A DNA stretch of 64,000 bases from Bacteroidia bacterium (GTDB taxonomy: Bacteria; Bacteroidota; Bacteroidia; CAILMK01; JBBDIG01): the NCBI GenBank assembly GCA_040880525.1, contig JBBDIG010000045.1, positions 9,266-73,265 on the forward strand, in the 5' to 3' direction. The translations under genes were made by a program, and so were the position numbers. Below, in pieces: positions 17,762 through 26,828 of the stretch (position 1 is the first letter of the stretch; each line of letters opens with the position of its first letter). Below the pieces are notes generated by a model. The model saw nothing but the letters and a program-made list of their open reading frames with translations, searched no databases and was not told the DNA's origin.

Positions 17762-18513
17762 TGGACGCATCAGTTGAGAATAAACTGCAAGCGCTTTATC
17801 ACCTGCAACTTATTGACACCGAATTGGACAGGATCAAAAACATCCGTGGCGAATTGCCAATGGAAGTGAGCGATCTGGAAGACACAATTGAAGGATTGCA
17901 GACGCGCGTTGAGAAATTGCAGAATGATATTAACGATCTGACAAAAACCATTGAAGATCGTAAAAGCGGAATCAAAGAAAGTAAAAACCTCATTCAGAAG
18001 TACGAAGAGCAGCAGAATGATGTTAAGAACAACCGCGAATTCCTGGCGCTGACCAAAGAGGTTGAATTGCAAAAACTGGAGATCATGGCTTCTGAAAAGA
18101 AGATCAAGGAACACCAGCAGGATATTGAGGCCAAGGAACTGCTGCTCACCAAAACCAAATCTGAATTAGAAGATCGCAGCCGCGAGCTTGAAGGTAAGAA
18201 AGGTGAACTTGGAAGTATAATAGAAGATACTGAAAAGGAAACTTCAAGCCTGATAGCCAAGCGTGAGAAAGCATTGGCGGCTATTGACGACCGGCTTGAA
18301 GCCGCTTATGTGCGAATTCGCTCCAACGTAGTGAATGGCCAGGCAGTGGTTACTATTGAGCGTGAAGCATGCGGTGGTTGTTTCAGCCAAATCCCACCAC
18401 AGCGCCAGCTTGATATTCGCCAGCGCAAAAAAATAATTGTCTGCGAAAACTGCGGACGTATTTTCGTTGACAAGGATATGGCGATAGAAGTGGCTGACGA
18501 TGTGAAAGCATAA
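17761..18513 (+). CDS. Coiled-coil C4 zinc-ribbon protein (DUF164 / CT398-like)
   Basis: L..LQ.ID, RGELP.EV.DLED, NNREF.AL.KE, CGGC...CENCGRI. Confidence 0.92.
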   Translation: MDASVENKLQALYHLQLIDTELDRIKNIRGELPMEVSDLEDTIEGLQTRVEKLQNDINDLTKTIEDRKSGIKESKNLIQKYEEQQNDVKNNREFLALTKEVELQKLEIMASEKKIKEHQQDIEAKELLLTKTKSELEDRSRELEGKKGELGSIIEDTEKETSSLIAKREKALAAIDDRLEAAYVRIRSNVVNGQAVVTIEREACGGCFSQIPPQRQLDIRQRKKIIVCENCGRIFVDKDMAIEVADDVKA

Positions 18514-18539
18514 TTGTCCAGCCCGTCATTAATCCATAG

Positions 18540-18567
18540 AAAAAGCCCGTAATTCACGGGCTTTTTT
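18540..18567 (+). terminator. Rho-independent terminator
   Basis: AAAAAGCCCGT-AATTC-ACGGGCTTTTTT. Confidence 0.85.
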
Positions 18568-18601
18568 ACTTTGTGGTTATATAAACCGGCAGCAATCAGT
18601 C

Positions 18602-20086
18602 ATGAGGCATAGCGGCATCTTAATCTTATTCTTATGTATTGCCTGGGCTGCGTCTGCACAAAAAGCCGGTTTTGATTTTAATCAGAATTGCCGTGATGCC
18701 TACCGTGCAGTGCTGAGATATGACCTGGAAACCGCAGACCGCCTGACGAAGCAGGAATATGCCCAAAATCCCCTCAATGCCTTTCCTCTCTACCTGGAAA
18801 ATTATGGCCATTTTCTGAAGGCAATGGTTCGGGATGAAAAGAAGGTGCTGGATGAGTATAGCAGCGCCTCAGAGTTGAGGCTGGAACGGCTGAAGGAATC
18901 TGATGATAATTCTCCCTATTACCGCTTCTGCCTGGCGGAGATACACATTCAAAATGCCATGCTGCTCATCAAGCAAGGCAGCTTTCTTCAGGGCGCTATT
19001 CAGTTGCGGCAGTGCTACCGGCATTTGGAAGCAAATATGAAAGCACATCCAAATTTTCTGCTCACCGGAAAAACCCTTTATCCGCTCAGGGCGCTTATCG
19101 GTGCAGTACCATCCAACTACAGGTGGCTGCTGAGCCTTTTGGGATACGAAGCCGATTTAACCGAGGCAATCCGGAAATGCGAAAATCTCCGGCAAGACAT
19201 CAGAGAGAATGATACACTGGCTATTTATTACAGGGAATCAACCATCATTCTTTGCTTTTTGCAATTAAATCTGATGAACAATAGTGATGAAGCCTGGCGG
19301 CTGGGGAAGGAGGCCACGCCAGACCATGCCCGGAATGAATTGAGCGCGTTTGTTCGGGGAAACATTGCCATCAACCTGAAGAAGAATGAGGAAGCCCTTG
19401 CAATCCTGCGCCCGCACGTTCAGTCGGCCCCGGCCATCCCGCACCTTGACTACCTGATGGGGAATGCCACCCTGCAAAAGCTCCAACCTCAGGCACGCAC
19501 CTATTTTTTGCGATATACCAAAAAGTATAAGGGTGGTAATTATATTAAGGACAGCTATCTCAGGATTGGCTGGAGCTATCTCCTGGAGCAGGACACGGCC
19601 AGCTACCGCAAATTCATGCTGATCACGGAGCGCGAAGGTTCCGGAGTGAGGGATGAAGACAAACAGGCGATGAAGGAAATTTCAATGGATTATGTGGCTG
19701 TGCCCTACCTGTTGAAATCGAGGCTCCTCTTTGACGGTGGATATTACGCCCTGGCGCTGAAGGAACTGGAAGCAACCTCACCGGCACAGGCAGAGGAGCA
19801 TGGAAAGCTGAGCGAATACTATTACCGGAGGGCCAGGATCTATCATCATTCAGGAAAGGCCGAGCAGGCTCTGCACAACTATAAGCGAGTGATCAATACC
19901 AGCAAAAACTCGAATACCTATTTCGCACCGGCTTCATGTTATTTTTCAGGACTTATCTATGAAGAACAGGGCAACGCAGAAAAGGCCGCAGCCATGTTCA
20001 ATGCATGCCTCGCCTATGACAATTATTCGTATAAAAAGTCATTTGACCAAAAAGCTACGGCTGCATTAAAGCGAATACAGCCATGA
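18602..20086 (+). CDS. Secreted TPR-repeat protein
   Basis: Signal peptide (AWAASAQ), helical repeats, RLLFDGGYY motif typical of this Bacteroidota family. Confidence 0.8.
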   Translation: MRHSGILILFLCIAWAASAQKAGFDFNQNCRDAYRAVLRYDLETADRLTKQEYAQNPLNAFPLYLENYGHFLKAMVRDEKKVLDEYSSASELRLERLKESDDNSPYYRFCLAEIHIQNAMLLIKQGSFLQGAIQLRQCYRHLEANMKAHPNFLLTGKTLYPLRALIGAVPSNYRWLLSLLGYEADLTEAIRKCENLRQDIRENDTLAIYYRESTIILCFLQLNLMNNSDEAWRLGKEATPDHARNELSAFVRGNIAINLKKNEEALAILRPHVQSAPAIPHLDYLMGNATLQKLQPQARTYFLRYTKKYKGGNYIKDSYLRIGWSYLLEQDTASYRKFMLITEREGSGVRDEDKQAMKEISMDYVAVPYLLKSRLLFDGGYYALALKELEATSPAQAEEHGKLSEYYYRRARIYHHSGKAEQALHNYKRVINTSKNSNTYFAPASCYFSGLIYEEQGNAEKAAAMFNACLAYDNYSYKKSFDQKATAALKRIQP

Positions 20087-20093
20087 TAACAGA

Positions 20094-21236
20094 TCATTCT
20101 CTGTTACGGGAACTGCCAGAGAATATTCGCTTGATCTTTCGCCAGGTGCCGGATAGCGAAACGGAATGCTCATCTGAGCCTTCCGTGCCCATCAGGTAGC
20201 CATAAGGTTTCAGCTCTTCCACATTATCAAGGATTACTTTCAGCATCCCCAGCATAGGAACGCTGATGATCATACCGGGAATGCCCCAGATTGCACCCCC
20301 AATGATGAGTGCAAGGATGGCCGCAAAAGGATTGATGCTGACTTTGCTTCCCACTACATTTGGCGTGATAAAATTTCCTTCAAGAAATTGAATGACGGTA
20401 AAAAGAATAAATACCGCTAAAGGGTAGACCAGGGAATCTTTTGTGAGCAGCGCCATGAGAATAGGAAGTGCAGAACCGATAAAGATCCCAATATATGGGA
20501 TTACGGTCAGCAAGGCCGCCATCACTCCAAAGAACAGCGCATACCGTATTCCAATGATGGTCAGTCCTACCGTATTCAGGATCGCAAGAATGATAATTAC
20601 AATGAGCAAACCTGCTATGTAGCTCTGTACCACATTCTTTATTTTGCCCATTATCATCTTGGCTTTCTCATGTTTTTCATTGGGAGAAACCTTGTAAACA
20701 AAGTTTTTAAATTTATCCCTGTAAAAGAGAAAGAAGAAGATATAAATAGGAAGAAGGCCCAGGACAGCGAAAGTATTGGTAGTGGCAAAAAGCGTAGACT
20801 GGAGCATTGATCCACCGCTTGCCAGCAAATTTTCGGTTTGCTTGCGCAACCAATCCATCTGGCCTTCGGGTGATACATTGAACCATCTTGAAAAATGATC
20901 CTGTATATCATTGAACTTCTTAGAGACGGATTCAAGCAGTTGCGGTAATTCATTCGTAAACCGGATCACCTGCGTAGAGAGCAGAAAAATGATCCCTCCC
21001 AGGACAATGAAGATAAGAATGATGCAAATTATTATCGCCAATATTCTGTGTATACCCCACTTTTCCAGCCGCTGGCACAAAGGAAACAACAGAATTGAGA
21101 TTAACCCCGCCAGAGCCAGCGGAATGAAAATGTTGCTGCCGAAATAAATGCCCGCCACAAACAGGGATATACCAAGAAGGATCATGGTGGCCTTAAAATA
21201 AAAAGGAGGAGTCTTCTCCTTAAATTCCTGGATCAT
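20094..21236 (-). CDS. AI-2E family transporter
   Basis: IPYIG, QFLEGNFITPNVVG, INP, GGAIWGIPGMIISVP. Confidence 0.93.
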   Translation of the reverse strand: MIQEFKEKTPPFYFKATMILLGISLFVAGIYFGSNIFIPLALAGLISILLFPLCQRLEKWGIHRILAIIICIILIFIVLGGIIFLLSTQVIRFTNELPQLLESVSKKFNDIQDHFSRWFNVSPEGQMDWLRKQTENLLASGGSMLQSTLFATTNTFAVLGLLPIYIFFFLFYRDKFKNFVYKVSPNEKHEKAKMIMGKIKNVVQSYIAGLLIVIIILAILNTVGLTIIGIRYALFFGVMAALLTVIPYIGIFIGSALPILMALLTKDSLVYPLAVFILFTVIQFLEGNFITPNVVGSKVSINPFAAILALIIGGAIWGIPGMIISVPMLGMLKVILDNVEELKPYGYLMGTEGSDEHSVSLSGTWRKIKRIFSGSSRNRE

Positions 21237-21434
21237 ATAGGTTGCCGGTTAGATTAGTTTTCCCTTCAAATATCTAAATAACCCTTTTGGTTTTACTATT
21301 CTTCAACATTTAATTTTTGATCAGAACAAACGGATGTTGATCAACAAAATAGCGTCCGGCAGCAATACTAAACAATAACGTGGCTCAGGCATTTGTATAC
21401 CTTTGGAAAAATTAACTAACAAAAAGTTTGAGCC

Positions 21435-21857
21435 ATGAAAAAGAAATTCTTATTGTTCTCATTTGTAGCTACTTTGGCCCTTTTCTTCGCAACTGCCTGT
21501 GATGAATCAGCCAGAAATGATGATGAAGGAGAAGTGGAATTGCAAGCCGGAGACCAGGAAGCGGAAGTAGAATGGGAGAGAGAGAAAGATGACTGGACAA
21601 CTGAAATGCAGAACAAAGTGAATGAATGGGAAAATGAACTGCAGGCGGAGAAAGCCGAAATGGAAGCTCTGGAAGGTGATGAAAGGGCAGAGGCCGAAGA
21701 AGATTATAACGAAGCACGGACTGAGCTTGACAACCTGAAGGCTAAACTCAACGAAGCAAAAGACAAGTCTGCCGAAGAATGGGAGGAATTTAAGTCTGAC
21801 GTTAGGGCCAGCATGGATAAGCTGGAAGCCGAAATGCAGGATGAAACTGAAGGGTAA
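21435..21857 (+). CDS. Acidic coiled-coil lipoprotein, hypothetical
   Basis: Lipobox-like ATAC, E/K-rich helix with EEWEEFK. TACCTTTG promoter upstream and a terminator downstream. Confidence 0.75.
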   Translation: MKKKFLLFSFVATLALFFATACDESARNDDEGEVELQAGDQEAEVEWEREKDDWTTEMQNKVNEWENELQAEKAEMEALEGDERAEAEEDYNEARTELDNLKAKLNEAKDKSAEEWEEFKSDVRASMDKLEAEMQDETEG

Positions 21858-21876
21858 TCCTTTTCAATTCTCTGCG

Positions 21877-21924
21877 AAGAAAGATCCCTGTTTTTATATA
21901 ATAGAAGCAGGGATCTTTCTTTTT
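21877..21924 (+). terminator. Rho-independent terminator
   Basis: AAGAAAGATCCCTG...CAGGGATCTTTCTTTTT. Confidence 0.8.
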
Positions 21925-21947
21925 AATCCATATTTACCTTGCGTATT

Positions 21948-23027
21948 ATGATCAATCCGCGAAAAATATTTGCCCCTGCAAAGAAGCCCGGCCTTCCGCC
22001 TGGCTCGTTGGTTTATACCGGAAAGGAAGAAGCACGGGAGCCGCATATCCTTTTAATGGATTATGATAAGAATACCCTCAGGGAAGAAGACATTACAAAT
22101 CTTGCGGATTATCTCGAACTGCGTGAACTTCCTTCCACCACCTGGATACATGTGCAGGGGCTGCATGATGCCTCCCTTATAGGAAAAATCGGAGAAGGAT
22201 TTTCCATCCATCCGTTGTGCCTGGAAGATATAATGAACAGCGGACAGCGGCCCAAAGTGGAGGAGTGGGATGGATATCTTTACTTAGTAATGAAAATGCT
22301 TCGTACCAAGCGTGTTGGCGGTCAACTGCGCCTGGAGGAGGAGCAGGTAAGCCTCATCGTCAGCAGGCTTTTTCTTATTTCTTTTCAGGAAAAACCCGAG
22401 GATATATTTCCGATGGTGCGCGAGCGCATCAGGATTGGTAAACCCAGGATCAGGGAAGGAGGCACCGACTATCTCGGCTATGCATTATTGGATCTTATCG
22501 TTGATAATTATTTTGTGATCCTGGAGGAAATAGGAAATGAACTACAGGAAATGGAAGAGCGGGCGCTCAACGATCCGGCAAGAGAAACCGTGGAGGAGAT
22601 AAACACAATGAGACGCCAACTTGCCCACATGAAGCGCTCCGTCTGGCCTGTTCGTGAAATCCTTAATCAACTGGTGCGAATGGAATCGCATAAACTCATC
22701 CGGCCGCCTGCCATCGTTTATTTCCGTGATGTATTCGATCATACCATCCATGTAATTGAATTGCTGGAAAATCATCGTGAGTTCGTCAGCAGCATTATGG
22801 ATCTTTACCTTTCCAGCCTTAGCAATAAGATGAACGAAGTAATGAAGGTGCTCACTATTATTGCCACCATTTTTATTCCCCTCACTTTTCTGTCCGGCCT
22901 GTACGGGATGAACTTCGAGAATATGCCGGAGCTTGGGTTCCGCTACGGCTATTTTGTGGTATTAGGAATCATGGCGCTGACCACTATCGGAATGCTTATT
23001 TATTTTAAAAGGAAAGATTGGTGGTAA
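21948..23027 (+). CDS. corA: Magnesium/cobalt transporter CorA
   Basis: GLPPGSLVYTG, HPL.LEDI, QRPK.E, MNEVMKVLT, YGMNF..MPEL. Confidence 0.96.
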   Translation: MINPRKIFAPAKKPGLPPGSLVYTGKEEAREPHILLMDYDKNTLREEDITNLADYLELRELPSTTWIHVQGLHDASLIGKIGEGFSIHPLCLEDIMNSGQRPKVEEWDGYLYLVMKMLRTKRVGGQLRLEEEQVSLIVSRLFLISFQEKPEDIFPMVRERIRIGKPRIREGGTDYLGYALLDLIVDNYFVILEEIGNELQEMEERALNDPARETVEEINTMRRQLAHMKRSVWPVREILNQLVRMESHKLIRPPAIVYFRDVFDHTIHVIELLENHREFVSSIMDLYLSSLSNKMNEVMKVLTIIATIFIPLTFLSGLYGMNFENMPELGFRYGYFVVLGIMALTTIGMLIYFKRKDWW

Positions 23028-23217
23028 TATTTAGTTCGTCAGATATAATAATCATATCCGTTACAGGTTTATTATCGTAGATTAAACCCTCCCATTTCGT
23101 AAAATTTAAGACAAAACTCTATATTTGATTTGCAATTTGTCGGGGGATTAATAATGGCGTTTTTGCCAAATAATGATGCCCCGACTGCTTAGCACCGAAC
23201 CTGTAAAAACAATAACC

Positions 23218-24135
23218 ATGAAAACAAGATGCATCCTGACCCTTTCATTTTTATTGGCCTCAATCGCAGCTTTCGCACAACATGCTCCTCAAGAAAACCA
23301 TCAAAACTCAGGATACCACCCGGATTGGATTTTAGTGGAAAATGACGGCCTTTTAGGATTTATCACGCAAGACGGAGAGGTGGTATTTGAACCCACCTAT
23401 GATAAAATTTCCTATTTCGGAGAATATCACACAGACTGGGCGATGGTGGAAAAGGATGAGCTGCTTGGATTCATTACCACAAAAGGTGATGAAATAATTG
23501 AGCCTACCTACGACCGAATATCTTATTTCGGAGAATATCACACAGACTGGGCGATGGTGGAAAAGGATAATCTGCTCGGATTCATTACCTCAGAGGGCGA
23601 TGAAATAATTGAGCCCACCTACGACCGAATTTCTTATTTCGGAGAATATCACTCGGACTGGGCGATGGTGGAGAAGGGTAATCTGCTCGGATTCATTACC
23701 TCAGAGGGCGATGAAATAATTGAGCCTACCTACGACCGAATATCTTATTTCGGAGAATATCACTCGGACTGGGCGATGGTGGAAAAAGATGAGCTGCTTG
23801 GATTCATTACCACAGAAGGCGATGAAGTCATTGAGCCCACCTACGACCGAATTTCTTATTTCGGAGAATATCACACAGACTGGGCGATGGTGGAAAAGGA
23901 TAATCTGCTCGGATTTATTAACTCAGAAGGTGATGAAATCATTGAGTCTACCTACGACCGAATTTCATATTTCGGAGAATATCACTCGGACTGGGCGATG
24001 GTGAAGAAGGATGGCCTTTTCGGATTCATCAATTCCGAAGGGGATGAGATCATAACTCCGCAGTATAACCGAATTAAGGAAGGGAACGGAATCAAAGGAA
24101 TTAAGAATGGAAAAGAAGAAGATATCCGGAAATGA
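23218..24135 (+). CDS. Secreted WG-repeat (WG_beta_rep-like) protein
   Basis: Signal peptide (AAFAQ) followed by about seven 37-aa repeats with LGFI..EG..II.P.YD.I. Confidence 0.85.
   Translation: MKTRCILTLSFLLASIAAFAQHAPQENHQNSGYHPDWILVENDGLLGFITQDGEVVFEPTYDKISYFGEYHTDWAMVEKDELLGFITTKGDEIIEPTYDRISYFGEYHTDWAMVEKDNLLGFITSEGDEIIEPTYDRISYFGEYHSDWAMVEKGNLLGFITSEGDEIIEPTYDRISYFGEYHSDWAMVEKDELLGFITTEGDEVIEPTYDRISYFGEYHTDWAMVEKDNLLGFINSEGDEIIESTYDRISYFGEYHSDWAMVKKDGLFGFINSEGDEIITPQYNRIKEGNGIKGIKNGKEEDIRK
23305..24075 (+). repeat. Intragenic tandem repeat, 111-bp period, about 7 units
   Basis: TTCGGAGAATATCAC recurs at 23416, 23527, 23638, 23749, 23860 and 23971, plus a diverged first unit. Confidence 0.95.
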
Positions 24136-24176
24136 ACACATAATCTGAGGAGTTATCTGAACAGGCGTATGCTTGG

Positions 24177-25157
24177 TTAAGGATGAACTTGCAAAGTTGG
24201 AGGATAGGTGATATAATGCAGTCGTCCCTCTTTTGGTGAATTAATTATTTTATTGAATTCCACAGACAATATTTCAGCTCCTTTGCTATTTATATGATCG
24301 TAATCCCCGTAATGTGAATCTGGAAAGCGCCATTTGCTATAGTCAAAAATTCTGACGTGTTCATACTCCGCAAGCTGATTGATAATTTCCCCCAAAACCT
24401 CATTATATAGTTCAGGGATCATATTTTCATAATAAGGATGAACGGGTGATTTAAAGAGGTAAAGATCAATATTTTGCCTCTGAGTGAGCGCCACCATAGA
24501 ATCCAAGCTACTTCGTGATATTTGAGAAATTCCGGCAATCTGGCCATTTTTATAAAAGTGCCTTGAGATAGTGGAGTCATTCTTGGCTCTCCTGCCAATC
24601 AGGGAATAATCTGAACTGTAAAATTTGCCAATGTAAGGATACCCATGCGGTTCCTTTCCTTTTACCTTTTCAATCCAATTCCGCACAAATGCAGGATTGG
24701 GCAATATGACCTGGTTTAAATAAAGCATATACCACGCGGTATGGTGATATTCCAGTCCTTCCAGATCGCTTCTTTTCATAAGCAGATTATACCGGTTGAA
24801 AAGTTTTCGGGAAATTTTATCATCCTTAAATTTAGAATCGCTGTAGCCTGAGATATTATGTTGAGAAAATCCCAGAACTATCTGCTGTATATTAGGATTG
24901 TCCTCTATTACTTTTTTCAGTTTTAAATAGGTGGCGATATACGGTTCTCCGCTCATGCTTATGTTGACGGAATTTGGGAGCAGTTCAGGATTAAGCGCTG
25001 TCTGCATGCGCGAATCACCTAATATAAGCGTATGAACATTTGATGGGATCAAATATGGATCATTACTTATGAGCCTCTTATTCAGTTCATAAGACCCTAA
25101 TGAAAGCAGCGCAATGAGTCCTGAAAAAAGAAGAATATTTAATACAAATTTTTTCAT
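24177..25157 (-). CDS. Membrane-anchored SGNH-like partner of MBOAT (AlgJ/DltD-like)
   Basis: N-terminal TM, LILGDSR (GDS), D.DH.N..GA (DxxH). 5 bp downstream of the MBOAT gene. Confidence 0.75.
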   Translation of the reverse strand: MKKFVLNILLFSGLIALLSLGSYELNKRLISNDPYLIPSNVHTLILGDSRMQTALNPELLPNSVNISMSGEPYIATYLKLKKVIEDNPNIQQIVLGFSQHNISGYSDSKFKDDKISRKLFNRYNLLMKRSDLEGLEYHHTAWYMLYLNQVILPNPAFVRNWIEKVKGKEPHGYPYIGKFYSSDYSLIGRRAKNDSTISRHFYKNGQIAGISQISRSSLDSMVALTQRQNIDLYLFKSPVHPYYENMIPELYNEVLGEIINQLAEYEHVRIFDYSKWRFPDSHYGDYDHINSKGAEILSVEFNKIINSPKEGRLHYITYPPTLQVHP

Positions 25158-25162
25158 AAATC

Positions 25163-26584
25163 CTAAAATTGATAATAAATGAAACTACCGGGGGCCGTCT
25201 CTCTGTGATAAATAATTAAAATAAAAACAACAATATAAGCCACCCACCGCGCAATAAATGGCCAGCGGCTTATTTCCAAGGCATAAGGTTTTTCACGCTG
25301 CAGCCATTCAAATGCAATTAATAGAAGCAATAAGAAAGAGAGATATTTTATTTCCGGAAGCGAAAACAGGCTGAGACTAAAAATATGGCTTATGAAGCTA
25401 AAGGCATGGTGAATATCAATGGACCTGAAAAATATCCAGGCGAAGCATGTTAGAGAGAATGTAAAGATCATAGCGATAAAATCCCGGAACGAAGGAAATA
25501 ATTGGCCTGCTGCTATAGTACCTGTATTCCGATGATTGACTTTTGCCAGCATTAGTGGAATAAAGTAGAGTCCATTTAATGTCCCCCATACCACAAAAGT
25601 CCAGTTGGCTCCGTGCCAGAACCCACTCACCACGAATACGATCATCACGTTGAACAAAGTGGCGGCCCTGGTACCCTGACTGCCGCCCAGAGGTATATAT
25701 AAATAATCCCGAAACCAGGTGCTGAGGGAAATATGCCACCTTCGCCAGAACTCCGCAATATCACGCGAGAAATAGGGATATGAGAAGTTGCGCATCAGAT
25801 TGAAGCCGAAAAGCTTAGCAGTACCGATCGCAATATCCGAATAACCTGAAAAGTCCCCATAGATCTGAAATGCAAAATATACGATACCAAGTACAAGCAT
25901 ACTTGCGGGCATCGTTTGGTATTCACTGAATACCTCATTTACTACCATAGCGCAATGATCCGCTATGACCACCTTTTTGAATAATCCCCACAGGATCTGG
26001 CGCATTCCATCAGCAGCAAGCGCATAGGAAAACTTCCTGCTTTTAAAAAATTGAGGCAGAAGCTGTGTAGCCCTTTCAATAGGACCCGCCACCAACTGCG
26101 GAAAGAAGCTGACATAGGTCATGAAAACTACTAAATTTCGGGTAGGCGGTAATTTGTTCCGGTACACGTCAATAGTATAGCTCAGGGTTTGGAAAGTATA
26201 AAAGCTGATACCAACCGGTAAAATAATGGAAAGAGAGAATGAATTTAAACTGATGCCAATGGACTCAAAGGCTGCAATGAATGATTCTATAAAAAAGCCA
26301 AAATATTTGAAATAGGCCAGCATTCCCAGGTTTACGAGCAGGCTGATTGCCAATAAAAGCTTTTTCCTTTGAGGATATTGCTGCATGAACAGCGCGGCTA
26401 GATAATCCACCACAGAACTAAAAATGATGAGAGACAGAAATCGCCAGTCCCACCACGCATAGAAAGTATAGCTCGCCACCAGCAGCAAGCCGTTTTGCAA
26501 CTTCAGGGAATGCTTAAAGACGAACCAATAAAGGATAAAGACTATTGGCAGGAAAACAAAATAGTCCAGCGTGTGGAACAACAT
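25163..26584 (-). CDS. MBOAT family O-acyltransferase (AlgI/PatA-like)
   Basis: LPVGISFYTFQ, FFPQLVAGPIER, DFSGYSDIAIG, FWRRWHISLS.WFRDYLYIPLGG, SGFWHGA. Confidence 0.95.
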   Translation of the reverse strand: MLFHTLDYFVFLPIVFILYWFVFKHSLKLQNGLLLVASYTFYAWWDWRFLSLIIFSSVVDYLAALFMQQYPQRKKLLLAISLLVNLGMLAYFKYFGFFIESFIAAFESIGISLNSFSLSIILPVGISFYTFQTLSYTIDVYRNKLPPTRNLVVFMTYVSFFPQLVAGPIERATQLLPQFFKSRKFSYALAADGMRQILWGLFKKVVIADHCAMVVNEVFSEYQTMPASMLVLGIVYFAFQIYGDFSGYSDIAIGTAKLFGFNLMRNFSYPYFSRDIAEFWRRWHISLSTWFRDYLYIPLGGSQGTRAATLFNVMIVFVVSGFWHGANWTFVVWGTLNGLYFIPLMLAKVNHRNTGTIAAGQLFPSFRDFIAMIFTFSLTCFAWIFFRSIDIHHAFSFISHIFSLSLFSLPEIKYLSFLLLLLIAFEWLQREKPYALEISRWPFIARWVAYIVVFILIIYHRETAPGSFIYYQF

Positions 26585-26828
26585 AGGCTGTCAAAGAAAT
26601 ACTATGGTCCGGCTGAAGAAAATATTTCCAGCCCGGATAAGTGGGATTCATTAACTTTTTGAAAAACGGTAAAAAAGGGGGAGGGAAGGTTGCTTCTTTA
26701 CAAAAATACTAATTATGCCTTGAAATTCAGGATTTAGAGACCGAGACTTAATTATGAAAAATATCTTGTTGAATTACAAAAATTAATGAATCGTTTACTT
26801 GATGGGAAATTGCGGGAGAAAAAAAGAA

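Noticed and set aside
23305-24075. Regular repeats as a possible CRISPR array
   Set aside because: The whole 111-bp unit is conserved, in frame, with no unique spacers and no cas genes.
12198-26696. Shared 15-mer AGGGAAGGTTGCTTC at about 12198 and 26682
   Set aside because: One copy is a terminator stem-loop and the other follows a promoter. With only two copies in different contexts, no common function can be supported.
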